NCBI GenBank assembly: GCA_964016885.1
Contig: OZ024742.1
Location: 296,236,001-296,300,000 of the forward strand
Source: Eledone cirrhosa
Taxonomy: Eukaryota
DNA length: 64,000 nt
Direction: 5' to 3'
Part shown: piece by piece, positions 1 to 11,074 of the stretch
How positions within the stretch are numbered: position 1 is the first letter of the stretch
Layout: every line of letters starts with the position of its first letter
The notes under the pieces: model-generated
The model's input: the letters and a program-made list of their open reading frames with translations, nothing else
Told to the model about the DNA's origin: nothing
The model's database searches: none
Position numbers and translations under genes: made by a program

Positions 1-1052
1 AGTTAAACAGTCTAATATTTTGACATTTTAAGGTTGATATATCTAATAGTTCTGATTTGATCTGTAATTTAACACTATGTGGCGGTTAAAAAACTGGCCG
101 CGCGCCGGGCCCTCGGGGCGAATTAAGCCACTCCGAGTAGTTTTATTTACCGAAAGAAGGGGAAATTTATTTTTCCAAGCACTCAAGGTAGGCCCATGCG
201 CCAGGGGGCTGGTCGCGCCGCCAGTAAAACCCACCCAACAGTCCGACAGAAAGTTGGAACTTTAAAATATTGTTTAAATTTATAGGACGAAGTTGAAAGA
301 ATTCAGAATAACATTATAAAATTAAAGAGTAAGAAGATTGAGAATTGGACAAACAGAAAATTGAAAATTAAACATTTAAAAAAACAAACTTTTTAAAGGT
401 TTTGGGTTGCGGGGTTTAATTAAAGAGAGTCTTTTAAGAAGAAACGTTAATTGTATTATGTAGATCTATAATTTATCCTAGTGGGATGTAGAGTAAGGGA
501 TATAGTCGGGTAATATTTATTTTTGTTCTCAGGGGGAGACATTCTAGTGTCGTGTGCTAATGGGTACAAGTGAGCAAAAGTTCCAATAGGAGGAGTAGAA
601 ATACATGGATACATAGAAGTGGAATACGTGGAAAAGCACATTGATAAAGCAAAGGTATAAATATATAAATTCTCTTTTACTAAACCCCGCAACCCAAAAC
701 CTTAAAAAAGTTTTTTTTAAATGTTTAATCTTCAATTTTCTGTTTGTTCAATTCTCAATCTTCTTACTCTTTAATTCTATAATGTTATTCTGAATTCTTT
801 CAACTTCATCCTATAAATTTAGACAGTATTTTAGCGTTCCAACTTTCTGTCGGACTGTTGGGTGGGTTGTCCTGGCGGCGCGACCGGCCCCCTGGCGCAT
901 TGGCTACCTTGAGTGCTTGGAAAAATAAATTTCCCCTTCTTTCGATAAATGAAACTACTCGGAGTGGTCTGATTCGCCCCGGGATCAAATCAGAACTGTT
1001 AGATATATCAGAACTGTTAGATATATCAACCTTAAAATGTTAAACTGTTTGA
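1..1052. repeat. Diverged inverted repeat (arms ~1-430 and ~670-1052), probably a decayed Penelope-like 3' end with an inverted copy
   Basis: The arms are reverse complements with scattered mismatches (ORFs 43..234 minus and 858..1043 plus share LSAWKNKFPLLS..TTRSGLIRP). The peptide only weakly resembles a PLE GIY-YIG C-terminus. Confidence 0.7.
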
Positions 1053-1199
1053 CTTTGAATTTTCTAATTCCTTTGATATTGAATATTGATTATTAATTTT
1101 TAACTTCATCCTATAAGTCTAAACAAAAACGTAACGTTCCAATCTTCTGCTCACACATTATAACACATTGACCCCCACTATATTTACCTCTGCTAAGAT

Positions 1200-1675
1200 A
1201 CGGGTCCCTGTAAAAATTTTCCCGCGCCACTCCTGGCCTGACTGTAGTCTGACATTAATATCGACATTTCTTCCTCTTTCTTTCTATCTTCCTTCTTGTA
1301 GCCATCAACCCTGACTTTTCTACTTCTTCCTTTTCTTCCTTCTCTTCTGCCTTCTTTCTGTCTTCCTCCCGCAGACTTATCTTCCTTCCCCTTTTTGTTT
1401 GCCTATATCTGACCGGTAGTAGTTGTTTAGAAACGGGTCCCGTAGAATAAAAAAATTTCTTCGCGACAATCCTGGCCTGACTGTAATACCGACCTTTCCT
1501 CCTCTTTCTTTCTGTCTTTCTTCTTATAGCTGACATTAACCCTGGCTTCTCTTCTTCCTCCTTCCCCCTTCTTCTCTCTTCTTCCTTTCTTTCTTTCTTT
1601 TGTCTTGTGGCATGAGATTAACGCTAACTTAGGTTCCCATCCCTTTCTCTTTTCCTTTATCTGACCGGTAGTAGC
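1200..1675. repeat. Imperfect tandem duplication, ~235-250 bp unit
   Basis: cgggtccc..tcctggcctgactgta..ctgaccggtagtag occurs twice (starts ~1201 and ~1434). Confidence 0.6.
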
Positions 1676-1821
1676 ACACTGTAAGCTTTAGTCACGTCAC
1701 TCGAGAGCAACCGGCTAAGGTAGAAGGTGCTGGATAGCGGTCGCCCTCGGGTCCTCGATTTTCAGCCCCATGGATTTTATCTATTACATTCACGTATTAT
1801 ATTTCGAATACCTGATGATAT

Positions 1822-2255
1822 TAAAGGAAACGAATGTTTGTCGATGAATGGACAATTCATCGTTTCTCTTTGTATGAATAAATGACTCCAGAAAGGGGGT
1901 GAACAATCAAAATTTAACGATCTTTTATTAAATGTGATATTTAATAAATTTCCTACAACGTCAATTTAAACATACATTGTGGGTTAATAAAAAAGGGTGT
2001 AATAATATTCTACAGAAATAACGAAGACATAAGAAAATGCCTATTCGTCGAGATATCGTAGCGTCCTTGATCCGAAGGAGGGCATTTTCACATCATCTTT
2101 TACGAAGACAGCATAGTCAATGTTTTATCAGGAGCGAATCCTTTCACGTCTGTTCAAACCAGCGTCTGTGACCGGATGTGTATTGCCTCCGCTCTCTGAA
2201 GAGTTGTTAAGGGGAGGCAACTGCTAGTTGCTAAGCGACCATCTCAGTCACTACA
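1822..2255 (-). repeat. 3' LTR (434 bp)
   Basis: Direct repeat of 7743-8181 with about 8 substitutions and one 5-bp indel. Minus-strand ends read TGTAGTG...CCTTTA. Confidence 0.95.
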
Positions 2256-2706
2256 TTCAGCTCGGAGCAGATTTTTTGTTGAAAAATCGTTAACGATGAA
2301 GCAAAGGACCCACAAGGTAGTTTACAAAATGTAGAAGCATGTATCAACAAATTATGAAAAAAAAAAAAATAGGTTCATGTCTGAAGCATTAACACAGAAA
2401 AAAAATGTACAGCAAAAGATGCAAAATGCATGAAAAGATAACACTCTTCGCAATAAAGGGGCCCCAAATGCGATAAACAAACACATTTTGTTGCTAGGCA
2501 ATGAAAATGCCATATGTAGCATAGTTATAAAAATGCACTAAAAAAATGGACTGTGTCAGAATTGACAACAGTCGTAATGTTACGAAAAATAACATATATT
2601 GACACTGCCGTAGGCAGTCAAGAATCAAAAAGCAACAAAATGCAATATACAGCAAAAACAATTGGAAGAAAAAAAGAATACAATTCAATTTATATTACTG
2701 CATAGC

Positions 2707-5700
2707 TTACGGGGCCAATGCACCCTTCGCCCAGAACGGGTCGTAGTTCTGTGTGTTGATGGTGGTGGGGGGGGGGGGAATAGGCGTATGTGGCAAAGAA
2801 AAAGAAGGGGGCATTTGAGTTTCAAGTGTCATTGTGTCATTGTCCAGGTTTGCTCGTTTGAGACGATCAACGGAAACCGTTTCCCTGGAACCCCGAATGT
2901 CCAGTGTGAAATGTTTGTCTGTGCGAGCAAGCACACGATAGGGTTCAGAGTACGGCCGTTGAAGAGGGGGTCTCACGGCGTCGTCTCTAACGAACACATG
3001 TGTCCACAAGGCAATATCCCTTGGGACGGCAGTTTTTACAGTCTGCTTCCTAGTGCCCATCGGTGGTAGATCCTTGAAATAAGAGTGAAGCCGGGACACG
3101 TAGGAAGCGGGGTCCTGCAAAGTCAGGTCAAAAGGGGCCAGCATTTGCCCCGGTAACGCCAGAGGAGTACCATAAACTAATTCGGCAGAGGAGAACCCAA
3201 GGTCCACCTTTACCGTCGACCGAATACCCAACAACACAATAGGTAGGTACTCGCTCCAACGTGAAGAGTCCATGGAAGCCATTAAGGAGACTTTGAGTTG
3301 CCTGTGGAATCTTTCCACCATTCCGTTTGAGGCTGGGTGGTAAGCCGTGGTTCTTATTCGAGTAGCCCCCAGGATTTGGGTTAATTCTCGGAAGAGGTTA
3401 GACTCAAATTGACGACCACCATCCGTTGTTATGGTGGTTGGTACACCGAAACGAGCGATCCACGAAGATACGAGAGTACGGGCTGTGGTTTCAGCGGTGA
3501 TATCTGTTATAGGGACGGCTTCAGGCCAACGCGAAAAACGGTCAACAATCGTCAAAAGATACGAAAAACCACGACTAACCGGCCACGGGCCGACGATGTC
3601 CACATGAATGTGACGAAATCTTGCATCCGGGCAGGTGAAGGTTCCGAGCGGAGCCTTAACATGTTTATGAACTTTCGCTTGTTGGCAAGCGACACAGGAA
3701 CGACACCAAGCAGCAATGTCACGTCTCATATCAGGCCAGAAAAATCTGGCTGTTATGAGTTTTACTGAGTTTTACTGAGGCTGATACTCCTGGGTGAGAA
3801 ATGCCATGTAAAGCGAGAAACACAGTTCGTCGATGTTCCACTGGGACTAGAGGTCGTGGTAAGTCCAACGAAACATCACACAGTATTTGTCCGTCAGCAG
3901 TTGAGATCGGAATGTATTTCAGTTTGGATGTAACATCCAACGATTCGAGAGTGGGTTGGGCAGCTGCCATTCGATGTAAATCTATCTCCTCGGAAGACGA
4001 AATCGATGCGATCGGCAGGCGAGACAGCGCATCGGCCGCTGTATTCAAAGAACCCGGAATATGTTGAATGTCGTTCGTGAACTGTGAGATGAAGTCCAGA
4101 TGTCTCGTTTCTCTGGGCGAGTATTTGTGAAAATGGTGAATGTTCTACCTTCAAGTACATGAGCAAAATGTTTCACTGATAAATAAATTGCTAATAGCTC
4201 CCTTCCAAAGGTGCTATAGCGAGTTTCGGCAGGCTTTAACTTTCTCATAAAGAACTCGAGTGGTTGCTGTAACCCATCACACTTCTGCTGTAAGACTGCG
4301 CCCACGGCGCTATCCGAAGCATCAACACAAAGCGATAGCTCGGCGTTGGGTACTGGGTGGGCGAGCAAAGACGCGCTCGCTAACGCCTTTTTCACTTTTT
4401 TAAAATCCTCAAGCTGCGTTTTATTTAAGGAAATGTCCATATTCTTACGCCGGCAACCCTTAAAAATTTCTGTCAACGAGAACAGCAAGTTGGAACAACC
4501 AGGTACGAATCGCCTATAAAAATTAACAAGGCCCAAGAATTGACGTAATTGTCGCAGTGAACTTGGCGGAGGCAAATCCGATACTGCCTTAACCTTCTCA
4601 GGAAGAGGTCGAATACCATCGGCGTCAATCAGATGGCCTAAAAATGTTAGTGAAGTCGAGCCGAAAACACACTTGGAAGCATTAATACGTACATTATATC
4701 TCTGTAAACGACGAAATACGAGATCCAGATGCTTTGAATGCTGCTCAGGAGAAGAACTAGCAATCAACACATCATCGATATACGTGTACACAAAATCCAG
4801 GCCCCGAGTAACATCATCCATAAATCGTTGGAAGGTACTAGCCGCATTTCTAAGGCTGAAAGGCATAGTGAGGAACTCGAATGATCCGAAAGGAGTGGCA
4901 ATAGCAGTCTTTGGGATATCCTCCTTGTTAACCGGAATTTGATTATAAGCGCGGATCAAATCAAGCTTAGAAAAGATTCTGCAACCCTGCAATGACGATG
5001 CAAAATCCTGCAAATGCGGGATTGGATAACGGTCAGGCACAGTAATCGCGTTTAAGCGTCGGTAGTCACCCGTTCATCTCCAATCACCAGAAGATTTAAG
5101 TACCATATGTAGAGGCGATGCCCAAGGACTTGTGGAACGCCGAATTATTCCTAATTCCAGCATGTGGTCGAATTTAAGACGTGCAGCTTTCAACTTCTCT
5201 GCAGATAATCTTCGAGGACGTGAGAAAACAGGTGGACCTGTAGTGGATATGAAGTGTTCAATCGCATGATCCGGGCTAGTAATTCGTAACTTTCCCTGCG
5301 TCAACTGAGGGAATGAATGTAACAGGCTTTGATACTGGTTGCCCACTTCAGCCAAGAAAAAGGAAGGGCTGACAATGGCGACGTCCGGCTCTGAACCCTC
5401 GAAAGAAAGGCCTGTTTCAACATCAAAAAGGCGTTGTCTGCGGATGTCCACCGACAAGGAAAAATGGTGGAGAAAATCCGCTCCCAAAATGGCGTATGGC
5501 AAGTCGGCGATAGTAAACTTTCACTTCAAATCACGACGCAAATTTTTTAACCGAAGAGGAAGCGAAATTTGCCCGTACGTTCGAATGGCCGTGTGGTTGA
5601 CTGCTCGTAGATTTATATTTGATTCAGATGGGGTTTTTTTTAGATAACTGACTGGCCAAATACTCAGCGACGCGCCAGTATCGACAAGGAAACATTTTTT

Positions 5701-5790
5701 TGACCGCAGGCGATATACGAAAAGATGGCGGTTCGGTCGATTTTCCCAGAGTTCACTAGCCGCTCCTAGTGGCTCTGCTTTGCGTTTTCC
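2707..5790 (-). pseudogene. pol: pol: protease, reverse transcriptase, RNase H, integrase; broken by stops and frameshifts
   Basis: FLVDTGA protease (~5670-5695), YIDD RT and [14 protein letters not shown] RNase H (4045-5040), and [25 protein letters not shown] integrase (2707-3729), split over several ORFs. Pol lies in the -1 frame to gag, with G_GAA_AAC at 5790-5784. Confidence 0.93.
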
Positions 5791-6593
5791 GATCTCTTGT
5801 AATTACAGGGCGTGCGACAACGTTGTGCCCTACTACCGAAGTTAGCATGATACCAACAAAACGAAGAATTATTGTTGTCTGCGTTGTAGTGCTGGCGATG
5901 AATAGAAGACGGCGGTGAACGGTACTCGTAGCGGTTTCGAGGAATAGCAGACGGAGGCGAACGGTACCTCAAACGTTGAGAAGGCTCTCTGTGTTGTACG
6001 GTCAAATCCTCCACTTTTTGGGTGAGCGCTTCGATCATCTCCAACAGTTTGCTGTCGGCCACAGAAGAATTGCGTGGGGGAACAGAAGAAGAAGCCACAC
6101 AAGGATTATGCCGATTGCTATTAGAGTCCACCTCAAGTATTCTATCCGCGGATGCGGCAAGTTGATCTAACGACTCCCTCTCCAAACTATTAACCAAAAC
6201 CATTTGCGCACTTGGCGGTAAACGTGAGAAAAAGAGCTGTTTTATGAATGGGGTGTCCATCCCCTGGGAGTCGCTCAACTCCCGCAAATGTCGCAAATAG
6301 GAGCTCGGCGTTCTGTCACGCATTTGCGCATCCTCCAACAACTCCCGAAAACGACTTTCCACCGACTTGGTATTTCTCCGAAGAATTTCGGTTTTTAACG
6401 AGCCGTAAGTAACGTCGGCGTCCAAATCCGTCACCACATCCTTCACAGAGAATGCCAAGGAAACAGGCAGGCCATTGATCAGGACCTTTAACCTGTTTGG
6501 TTCCTTAGTATGGGGCAAGTCGAAGTAGCATTCGAGCTGCGAAAACCATAATCCGACGTCGCCTGCGAAGGTCGGCAAATGATGTGGATTCAT
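5766..6593 (-). CDS. gag: Gag protein with CHCC zinc knuckle (275 aa)
   Basis: P-x-F...LWFSQLE N-terminus and the CWYHANFGSRAQRCRTPC motif typical of CsRn1/Boudicca/kabuki Gag. Confidence 0.92.
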   Translation of the reverse strand: MNPHHLPTFAGDVGLWFSQLECYFDLPHTKEPNRLKVLINGLPVSLAFSVKDVVTDLDADVTYGSLKTEILRRNTKSVESRFRELLEDAQMRDRTPSSYLRHLRELSDSQGMDTPFIKQLFFSRLPPSAQMVLVNSLERESLDQLAASADRILEVDSNSNRHNPCVASSSVPPRNSSVADSKLLEMIEALTQKVEDLTVQHREPSQRLRYRSPPSAIPRNRYEYRSPPSSIHRQHYNADNNNSSFCWYHANFGSRAQRCRTPCNYKRSENAKQSH

Positions 6594-7708
6594 GATTGCC
6601 GAAGATTTGAAACATTTTTAAGGACGAATTATGTCCCTGAAGCAGCTATATGACCAAAAGGTTATACTGGAATTCCGAAATCAGTTGAAGACTCCAAGAT
6701 GGCCGGTTGAGAAAAAAATACTTTTGGTGAAGACGCCGTCACGTGGCACGATGCAGCCAATCAGACTGCCTAAATTTTTACAGCGTGAACAGCGAACATA
6801 GTTTAGAAATCATCTTATTTTATTTTTTTTTTTGGAAAAAAAGGTTTGGATTCAAACTAAAGAGAAAAAAAAAAAAAATTTTTTTTTCTCTTTAGTTTGA
6901 ATCCAAACCTTTTTTTCCAAAAAAAAAAATAAAATAAGATGATTTCTAAACTATGTTCGCTGTTCACGCTGTAAAAATTTAGGCAGTCTGATTGGCTGCA
7001 TCGTGCCACGTGACGGCGTCTTCACCAAAAGTATTTTTTTCTCAACCGGCCATCTTGGAGTCTTCAACTGATTTCGGAATTCCAGTATAACCTTTTGGTC
7101 ATATAGCTGCTTCAGGGACATAATTCGTCCTTAAAAATGTTTCAAATCTTCGGCAATCATGAATCCACATCATTTGCCGACCTTCGCAGGCGACGTCGGA
7201 TTATGGTTTTCGCAGCTCGAATGCTACTTCGACTTGCCCCATACTAAGGAACCAAACAGGTTAAAGGTCCTGATCAATGGCCTGCCTGTTTCCTTGGCAT
7301 TCTCTGTGAAGGATGTGGTGACGGATTTGGACGCCGACGTTACTTACGGCTCGTTAAAAACCGAAATTCTTCGGAGAAATACCAAGTCGGTGGAAAGTCG
7401 TTTTCGGGAGTTGTTGGAGGATGCGCAAATGCGTGACAGAACGCCGAGCTCCTATTTGCGACATTTGCGGGAGTTGAGCGACTCCCAGGGGATGGACACC
7501 CCATTCATAAAACAGCTCTTTTTCTCACGTTTACCGCCAAGTGCGCAAATGGTTTTGGTTAATAGTTTGGAGAGGGAGTCGTTAGATCAACTTGCCGCAT
7601 CCGCGGATAGAATACTTGAGGTGGACTCTAATAGCAATCGGCATAATCCTTGTGTGGCTTCTTCTTCTGTTCCCCCACGCAATTCTTCTGTGGCCGACAG
7701 CAAACTGT
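6044..7708. repeat. Spacerless palindrome with ~830 bp arms (inverted duplication of leader and 5' gag)
   Basis: Positions mirror around 6876 (the ATGs at 6593 and 7159 are symmetric). The centre is A14/T9 at 6865-6887, and ORF 7159..7806 repeats the first ~183 aa of Gag exactly. Confidence 0.97.
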
Positions 7709-7721
7709 ATCCGCGTATTGG

Positions 7722-7741
7722 AATCACGTCGTCGGTCACCA
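7722..7741 (-). promoter_or_regulatory. Primer-binding site, tRNA-Trp-like
   Basis: The minus strand reads TGGTGACCGACGACGTGATT one base after the 5' LTR, close to the TGGTGACCCCGACGTGA tRNA-Trp PBS used by CsRn1-clade elements. Confidence 0.8.
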
Positions 7742-7742
7742 A

Positions 7743-8181
7743 TAAAGGAAACGAATGTTTGTCGATGAATGGACAATTCATCGTTTCTCTTTGTATGAAT
7801 AAATGACTCCAGAAAGGGGGTGAACAATCAACATTTAACGATCTTTTATTAAATGTGATATTTAATAAATTTCCTACAACGTCAATTTAATCATACCTTG
7901 TGGGTTAATAAAAAATGGTGTAATAATATTCTCCGGTACAGAAATAACGAAGACATAAGCAAATGCCTATTCGTCGAGATATCGTAGCGTCCTTGATCCG
8001 AAGGAGGGCATTTTCACATCGTCTTTTACGAAGACAGCATAGTCAATGTTTTATCAGGAGCGAATCCTTTCACGTCTGTTCAAACCAGCGTCTGTGACCG
8101 GATGTGTATTGCCTCCGCTCTCTGAAGAGTTGTTAAGGGGAGGCAACTGGTAGTTGCTAAGCGATCATCTCAGTCACTACA
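7743..8181 (-). repeat. 5' LTR (439 bp)
   Basis: Direct repeat of 1822-2255, followed on the minus strand by the PBS. Confidence 0.95.
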
Positions 8182-8420
8182 ATATCACCGGATTCATACG
8201 GAACCCGGTCATTAAAATGATCATAGTATAATAAACCTTTCAAGGATTTACACAAATCCAGCCTCCTGTCATTTCATTATAATATTTAACTCCGTAATAG
8301 TACCACCAACTACAAAAACAAAAACGGTTGAACTGCTTTACGTTGAGTACTCTCTATATTATTACACCAAGATTGACCATACAGAATAGACCAGCTCTAT
8401 CCAGTGGTGAACCTCAAACC

Positions 8421-8425
<5 letters not shown>
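8182..8425 (+). repeat. Dispersed repeat, continuing 1770-1821 (split by the LTR element)
   Basis: The joined flanks match the reverse complement of 57650-57910. A more diverged piece lies at ~49340-49510. Confidence 0.75.
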
Positions 8426-8501
<76 letters not shown>

Positions 8502-9138
8502 ATGTATGTATTTATGTATGTATGTATGTATATGCGTGTGTGTATATGTACTCTGGTGCGTTATGGTCCACCTGGTTCCTTACCACACTTCCTACGTTAT
8601 ATTTCCAATGGATTAACTATTATAACAGAAATGTATTCCGTATTTCATGAATCAGATTATTTTGTCATATGTTTACGTTTGCAAATTAACCACGCGAAAG
8701 AAAAAAGAAAGATTGTAAAGAAATATATTTTAATAGATATCATACTTAATTAATATGTAAATATACATTTTTTAGAGTGTAAATTTATTAAACGCATCCG
8801 TTCTTTCTGATATTTTATTGGCATCTTCTAGGAAGGCCTGAAGTTCTGTATGTTCTATGAAGGTGATATTTTTTCCACCGCAAATATAACTAACTCTTAG
8901 ACAAGTTCACCATATCAGTCTGCAAAGATAATTACTTCTGTTAAGTTTATCATCTAAATTTTATAAATATTTACTCTATGATTTAAAATTTTATAAATAT
9001 TTTTGTTTAATTTTCTTAAGATTGTTGTTGAAATGAAAGAAAACTATAAGTATACGAGACGAGCAAAAACAACTAACAAGACATTGATGTGCAACCCCAC
9101 CAAATTCTTCTGACGAAAGTCTTCTTATTATTATTCCT

Positions 9139-10046
9139 GGGAAGTGAATTGGCAGTATCGGTAGAGGGTCGGACGCCATGCTTGGCAGCATAGAGTTACG
9201 GCCCTTTATGATCTGAGTTCAATTCCCGCCGAGGTTAACTTTTCCTTTCATCCTTTTGGGGTCGATAAAATAAAGTACCAGTTACGCACTGGGGTCGATT
9301 TAATCGACTTTCCCCTCATCCAAAATTGGTGGACTTGTGCCTATACAAGAAACCATTATTATTCCTGGGAAGTGATCTGAGTTCAAATCCCATCGAGGTT
9401 AACTTTGCCTTTCATCCTTACGGGGTCGATAAAATAAAGTACCAGTAATGTACTGGATAATTGCTGGCCGTGTGCCAAAAGTAGAAACAATTATTAAGGG
9501 TGGTGAATTGGCAGTATAGGTAGAGGGTTGGACGCCATGCTTTCTAGCATAGTTACGTTCCTTTACGGTCTGAGTTCAAATCCCCTCGAGGTTAACTTTG
9601 CCTTTCATCCTTACGGGGTCGATAAAAATAAAGTACCAGTAATGCACTGTGTAATTGGTGGCCTTGTGACAAAAGTAGAAACAATTATTATTCCTGGGAA
9701 GGTCGTGGGGGCAGATTCCTCTGACATGCCTTTCAAAGTGTTCTATTAGATGCAAACGTTTCTAATTGATCAAGCCTGATCAACCGAACTCAAAGATGTT
9801 ATCTAAACAACTTGCTCGTGGTCTACCTCCGAGTCTCCTTTCGGTTGGTTGCTTTTTGCTCGCAGAACATGTTGCATGGGCATATCTCGGATTTTGTTGT
9901 TTCTCTCTTGTGACAAGGTCATTATGAATCATATAGAAAGCATTCGAGGTTAACTTTGGCTTTCATCCTTACGGGGTAGATAAAATAAAGTACCAGTAAT
10001 GTACTAGGTAATTGATGGCCTTGGGCCAAAAGTAGAAACAATTATT
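9139..10046 (+). mobile_element. Cluster of four tRNA-derived SINE copies or partial copies
   Basis: The repeated unit tggcagtatcggtagag..gagttcaaatcc (A/B-box-like) plus GCCTTTCATCCTT-CGGGGTCGATAAAATAAAGTACCAG occurs at ~9139, 9368, 9498 and 9945. Confidence 0.85.
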
Positions 10047-10260
10047 AAAAAATAATTATATGAAATGGTTTTCCAGCATCCAAGTGTTTTTCTTTTGTAA
10101 TTAGAACCACCTACAAGAATTATCTGGCATTAATTTACAGTTGTGTCCCCTCTTTAGTATTCCTAATTCTTGGGTGTCGGCTATAATTAATCTCTTGAGC
10201 GATTAAAGCCAGCGTTCTAATTGCGGTGGTGTTTTGATTCGGTATTCAAAACACACGCAT

Positions 10261-10303
<43 letters not shown>

Positions 10304-10324
10304 CATATATGTAAATATATATGC

Positions 10325-10458
<134 letters not shown>

Positions 10459-11074
10459 CTGTTTTGCTCACACGAAATATAGTAATATGCAGATGAATCG
10501 TTTGGAATGAATGAAAAAAAAATGTAAAGACATCAGCTTATTTTGGAAAAAAAAATGAAAACTATTATGTCCGTTTGTGTTCGCTTTCATCTAACTCGTA
10601 AATGGAGATTCGCTTACGTGACAATATTCAATCAGGTACCTCATCACTCACCAACAAATCAGATACACGAAGTTTGGGCCATTTATCTTGTTAGTCTCTG
10701 GAAGCGATCCTCTCCATTATCACGGAACACTGAAATGTTGTTGATTGGTTGGTTTCATATTATTCACAGAGAGATACATAGGTAGTTACAATTGCCTCTT
10801 GTTTAGCTTCTACTTGTAGTAACAAAAACATAAAGGTTTGATAAATATATGTATACAACGAGGATAGTAGTTCAAGAGAAAGGACACAAGCCTACGACGA
10901 GGAAAATAAACAATATAAGTAGAGTGTGAAGGATAATTGTATATCAAAGAAGATGCCTCACTTTAATTCACCTTCGGTGTATACATACATATAAATACAT
11001 ATATAAATATGTATGTATATATATGTATGTTATGTGTGTGATATATATATATATATATATATATATAGGTAAGT

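Larger units (their letters stand above)
1822..8181 (-). mobile_element. Ty3/Gypsy LTR retrotransposon, CsRn1 clade, full length and decayed
   Basis: Paired LTRs (1822-2255, 7743-8181), ATAT target-site duplication (1818-1821, 8182-8185), tRNA-Trp-like PBS, CHCC Gag knuckle, and PR-RT-RH-IN domain order. Confidence 0.95.

Noticed and set aside
7159-7806. Apparent second gag gene on the plus strand
   Set aside because: It is the inverted arm of the palindrome, truncated before the zinc knuckle and running into antisense PBS and LTR.
9139-9235. tRNA gene
   Set aside because: The A/B-box-like sequence is a SINE head and has no full cloverleaf.
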